Assembly (NCBI GenBank): GCA_001829415.1 | Contig: MIBE01000032.1 | Span: 138,611-155,140, forward strand | Reading direction: 5' to 3' | Length of the DNA stretch: 16,530 nucleotides | Source of the DNA: Spirochaetes bacterium GWF1_51_8 | GTDB taxonomy: Bacteria > Spirochaetota > Brevinematia > Brevinematales > GWF1-51-8 | Shown here: positions 13,100 to 16,530 of the stretch, piece after piece | Layout of the letters: every line of letters begins with the position of its first letter | How positions within the stretch are numbered: the first letter of the stretch is position 1 | Notes under the pieces: generated by a model | Told to the model about the DNA's origin: nothing | Database searches by the model: none | Seen by the model: the letters and a program-made list of their open reading frames with translations, nothing else | Program-made: the position numbers and the translations under genes

Positions 13100-14173
13100 A
13101 TGGGCGAATTAGCCGACAAGGAAAAGGATAAAGCGTTACAGCTTGCGATCAGCCAGATCGAGAAACAGTTTGGGAAGGGAGCGATCATCCGCCTCGGCGA
13201 CAAGCCCAAGGCCGAAGGTATCCAGATCATTCCGACCGGCGCGCTCACTCTCGACCTCGCGCTCGGGATCGGCGGTATCCCCTACGGCCGCGTGACCGAA
13301 ATCTACGGCCCGGAAGCGTCGGGGAAGACCACATTGACACTCAGCATCATCTCGGAATGCCAGAAGCAGGGCGGTACCGCGGCGTTCATCGACGCGGAAC
13401 ACGCGCTCGATCCGATCTACGCGAAGGCGATCGGCGTCGATATCGACAACCTTCTCGTATCCCAGCCCGACACCGGAGAACAAGCCCTCGAAATAGTCGA
13501 GTCGTTGGTCCGAAGCGGCGCGGTCAACCTGATCGTGATCGACTCGGTCGCGGCGCTTGTCCCGAAGAACGAAATCGAAGGCAATATGGGCGACGCGGTG
13601 ATGGGAATGCAGGCCCGGCTGATGAGTCAGGCGCTCCGCAAACTTACCGCGATCATCAATAGATCGAACTGCTCCGTCGTGTTCATCAACCAGATCCGTA
13701 TGAAGATCGGTGTGATGTACGGCAACCCGGAGACCACGACCGGAGGTATGGCGCTGAAGTTCTACTCCACGGTGCGTATCGAGATCCGCAAGAAGGACGT
13801 CCTGAAGCGGGGAGACGAGGTCTACGGCAACCTTGTGCGCGCGAAGGTAGTCAAGAACAAGCTCGCGGCGCCGTTCAAGGCCGCCGAGTTCGAGATCATC
13901 TTCGGGCAGGGCATCTCCAAGGCGAGCTGTTTAGTCAACGCCGCGATGGACCTCAATATCATCCAGCGCAAGGGTACGTGGTACTTCCACGGCGACGACA
14001 GAATCGGACAGGGACGCGAGAGCGTGGTGAAGGAATTAGTCGGAAATCCGCAGTTCCTCGCGCTTCTCGATAAAGAAATCCGCGACCTTCTGGCTAAAGA
14101 ACAGGCGGGCGAGATAGAAGTCACCCGTGTCTCTTCGGGCGGGGAAGAAGGCGCATCGGCGGAATTGGAGTAA
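13100..14173 (+). CDS. recA: Recombinase RecA
   Basis: The translation has [34 protein letters not shown], Walker [13 protein letters not shown], Walker [13 protein letters not shown], and L2-region sequence including [22 protein letters not shown]. The start is set at ATG 13100 (GGGGA 5 nt upstream). The ORF-track TTG at 13040 coincides with the -35 box and would add a non-RecA leader. Confidence 0.93.
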   Translation: MGELADKEKDKALQLAISQIEKQFGKGAIIRLGDKPKAEGIQIIPTGALTLDLALGIGGIPYGRVTEIYGPEASGKTTLTLSIISECQKQGGTAAFIDAEHALDPIYAKAIGVDIDNLLVSQPDTGEQALEIVESLVRSGAVNLIVIDSVAALVPKNEIEGNMGDAVMGMQARLMSQALRKLTAIINRSNCSVVFINQIRMKIGVMYGNPETTTGGMALKFYSTVRIEIRKKDVLKRGDEVYGNLVRAKVVKNKLAAPFKAAEFEIIFGQGISKASCLVNAAMDLNIIQRKGTWYFHGDDRIGQGRESVVKELVGNPQFLALLDKEIRDLLAKEQAGEIEVTRVSSGGEEGASAELE

Positions 14174-14176
14174 GTT

Positions 14177-15199
14177 ATGGACAGGATTAAAATAGGGGTA
14201 TGCGGCGCGACCGGATACTCCGGCATAGAACTTCTTAAACTATTAAAACGGCATTCGTACGCGGACGTCGTTTTTTTAACGTCGGAGACGAAGGCCGGGA
14301 AGACGGTGCTCGAGGGCGAACCATCGCTCACGGACTATCACGGGATGAAGTTTCTTTCCGCCGAAGACCCGTCGATCTACGGGATCGCGGACGCTGTATT
14401 CCTCTGCCTCCCGCATGAAGCGTCGGCGGAAACCGCGCCTAAGTTCCTTGATAAGGGCGCGAAGGTGATCGACCTCAGCGCGGCGTACCGGATCGAAGAT
14501 ACCGGCCTTTTCGAAAAGGTCTATAAGTTCTCCCATCCGTCGCCCGGCCTGATCCGCACGGCGGTCTACGGGCTTCCCGAGATATACCCCGAGGAAGTGA
14601 AAAAGGCGGCGCTTGTCGCGAACCCGGGGTGCTATCCCACATGCGTCCTCATGCCGGTCATGCCGTTACTGAAAGATAAAACGATAACTGCCGATAATAT
14701 CATCGCCGACTGCAAGTCGGGGATATCCGGCGCGGGGCGGAAGGCCGTGGTCGAACGGATGTACCCGGAGATCAACGAAAACCTCTACGCCTACAATATC
14801 GGGACGCACCGGCACCGGCCGGAGATCGCGCAGGAGCTTTCCAAATCGGCGGGCAAACCGGTCAAGGTGACATTCATCCCGCATGTCGCGCCGATGGACA
14901 GGGGCATTCTCTCTACTATATATATTCAGGGCGGCGAGGGTATCCGTGATAAGGTCCTGGATAAGCTGGAGAGTTTCTATCACGGGAAACCGTTCGTGAA
15001 AATCTACCGGGACGTTCTTCCGCAGGTGAAATGGGCGACGTACACGAATAAGGTGCTGATCGGCGCGCAGTACGACGGCGAGACGGGGTATCTTGTGATC
15101 GTCTCGGCGATCGACAACCTGATCAAGGGCGCGGCGGGACAGGCATTGCAGAATATGAACCTGATGTTCGGGATTCCCGAAACGGAAGGGTTGATATAA
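14177..15199 (+). CDS. argC: N-acetyl-gamma-glutamyl-phosphate reductase
   Basis: A 340-aa ORF with the N-terminal Rossmann motif IGVCGATGYSGIELLKLL, the catalytic-Cys motif ANPGCYPT, and C-terminal SAIDNLIKGAAGQALQNMNLMFG. It starts 3 nt after the recA stop, with GGAG 7 nt upstream. Confidence 0.93.
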   Translation: MDRIKIGVCGATGYSGIELLKLLKRHSYADVVFLTSETKAGKTVLEGEPSLTDYHGMKFLSAEDPSIYGIADAVFLCLPHEASAETAPKFLDKGAKVIDLSAAYRIEDTGLFEKVYKFSHPSPGLIRTAVYGLPEIYPEEVKKAALVANPGCYPTCVLMPVMPLLKDKTITADNIIADCKSGISGAGRKAVVERMYPEINENLYAYNIGTHRHRPEIAQELSKSAGKPVKVTFIPHVAPMDRGILSTIYIQGGEGIRDKVLDKLESFYHGKPFVKIYRDVLPQVKWATYTNKVLIGAQYDGETGYLVIVSAIDNLIKGAAGQALQNMNLMFGIPETEGLI

Positions 15200-15213
15200 A
15201 AGGGGATATAGAA

Positions 15214-16458
15214 ATGGGGCCGAGTGAAAACGAGTTTATTGAGTTAGAAAAGATCGAAGGGGGAGTGACCGCTCCCAAAGGTTTCCGGGCGACGGGGGTG
15301 TCGTGCGGACTCAAGGAAGGGGGATACAAAGACCTCGGCCTGATCTACAGCGAAATCCCGTGCGACGTAGTGGGGGCGTTCACCTCGAACAAAGTAAAAG
15401 CCGCGCCCGTGCGACTGTCCATGATGCGGATGGGGAATAAAATCTCCGCCGTGATCGCGAATTCCGGCAACGCCAACTGCGTGACCGGCAAACAGGGCGA
15501 GTCCGATGCGATCCGGATGACGGGACTGACCGAGCAGTTTCTCGAATTACCCGAGGGTTCGGCGCTCGTGGCATCCACCGGCGTAATCGGCGAGAACCTG
15601 ACCATGGACCGTGTGGAGTACGGGATCGAAAAGGTCTGCAGGATGATTAAAAGCGAGAATAACGTCGCAAACTTCGCCAACGCGATCATGACGACCGACA
15701 CCCGCCAGAAGAACCACGCCTGCGAATTCAAGCTGGGCGAATCGACGGTCAGGATCGGGATTACCTGCAAGGGCGCCGGGATGATCAAGCCGGACGTCCA
15801 GATGTTCCACGCCACGATGCTTGTCTTTATCACTACAGATATATCGATGCAAAAAACCCTGCTCCACGACGCGCTTAAGGAAGCGCTGGAGTATTCTTTC
15901 AATAGGATCAGTGTCGATAACGACACCAGTACCAACGATACCGTGCTCCTTCTCTCCAACGGCGCCGCCGAGAACGCGGTAATCGAGGAAGAGAACGACG
16001 ATTACCGGGTATTCGTGAAGGCGCTGACCGAATTGTGCATGGCCTCAGCGAAGGCCGTGGTCAAGGACGGCGAGGGCGCGAACAAGATCGTCAAGGTCGA
16101 GATCAAGCACGCGTTGACGATCAGCGACGCGAAAAAGATCGCGCGCGCGATAGCGGATTCTTACCTTGTTAAAACCGCCGTGTTCGGCAACAGTCCAAAC
16201 TGGGGACGCGTGCTCGCGGCGATCGGCTATTCCGACGCGAAGTTCGATATCGACAGGCTGATCTTCTCGATCAACGGTTTCGCGGTGCTGGAAAAAGGCG
16301 AGCCGAACCGCGCCAATATCGCGAAAGCGTCGGCGGAGATGATCCAGAACGAGATTACGTTCACGGTCGATCTCGGGGTAGGCTACAAGGAGTACTATGT
16401 TTGGACCTGCGACCTCTCTTACGACTATGTCAAGATCAATGCGCATTACATCAGTTAA
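15214..16458 (+). CDS. argJ: Bifunctional glutamate N-acetyltransferase / amino-acid acetyltransferase
   Basis: A 414-aa ORF containing GVTAPKGFRATGVSCGLK, MTTDT, the autoprocessing site region MFHATMLVFITTD, DGEGANK and the C-terminal NAHYIS typical of ArgJ. Confidence 0.93.
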   Translation: MGPSENEFIELEKIEGGVTAPKGFRATGVSCGLKEGGYKDLGLIYSEIPCDVVGAFTSNKVKAAPVRLSMMRMGNKISAVIANSGNANCVTGKQGESDAIRMTGLTEQFLELPEGSALVASTGVIGENLTMDRVEYGIEKVCRMIKSENNVANFANAIMTTDTRQKNHACEFKLGESTVRIGITCKGAGMIKPDVQMFHATMLVFITTDISMQKTLLHDALKEALEYSFNRISVDNDTSTNDTVLLLSNGAAENAVIEEENDDYRVFVKALTELCMASAKAVVKDGEGANKIVKVEIKHALTISDAKKIARAIADSYLVKTAVFGNSPNWGRVLAAIGYSDAKFDIDRLIFSINGFAVLEKGEPNRANIAKASAEMIQNEITFTVDLGVGYKEYYVWTCDLSYDYVKINAHYIS

Positions 16459-16530
16459 AAGTGACAAGTGCAAAGTAAAAAGTTAGCCGCCGAAAGATTA
16501 TCATGTCATGCTGAGCCTGTCGAAGCATGA

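Noticed and set aside
13136-16473. Antisense or alternative-frame ORFs within recA, argC and argJ (13136-13483-, 13357-13662+, 13822-14331-, 14276-14536-, 14666-14983-, 15123-15329-, 15345-15959-, 15380-15574-, 15547-15867-, 16045-16473-)
   Set aside because: All overlap genes with unambiguous family signatures on the plus strand. Their composition is typical of non-coding frames in GC-rich DNA.
1-16530. CRISPR arrays, tRNA/rRNA genes, integrases, transposases and IS inverted repeats
   Set aside because: I scanned the intergenic regions and the ORF translations. I found no regularly spaced direct repeats, no tRNA-like T-loop/acceptor architecture, and no recombinase or transposase motifs.

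Overview
A 16.5 kb bacterial chromosomal segment. Most of it is moderately GC-rich: hand counts of sample 60-nt lines give about 50-67% G+C. The organism cannot be determined from the window.

Housekeeping genes:
- a 5' fragment of murC on the reverse strand at the left edge. It has no stop codon in the window, so it is missing from the ORF track.
- a tight recA-argC-argJ block at the right end.

Other chromosomal content:
- a reverse-strand envelope-type operon: SurA-like protein, NusG-domain-II protein, Gx/heptaprenyl-diphosphate-synthase-component-I-like membrane protein, and a membrane-anchored unknown.
- a pair of secreted beta-propeller-like repeat proteins.
- a GH13 alpha-amylase-family probable lipoprotein.

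Accessory modules:
1. A vapBC (PIN toxin/antitoxin) cassette bracketed by a 29-nt direct duplication of the 3' end of the neighbouring gene.
2. An orphan DUF2442 gene.
3. A sharply AT-rich island of about 1.45 kb (sample lines 18-43% G+C). It has a near-consensus sigma70 promoter and three tightly coupled small ORFs of 106, 145 and 139 aa that I cannot assign to any characterised family.
4. A low-GC PIN-domain gene whose 3' end overlaps an unannotated 56-aa ORF.

The AT-rich three-gene operon (9061-10235) is the best candidate for an undescribed system, such as a tripartite toxin-antitoxin or anti-phage module. That functional reading is inference only.

No rRNA, tRNA, CRISPR array, integrase or transposase was seen. 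Many ORF-track entries are antisense or alternative-frame artefacts of GC-rich genes and are rejected.
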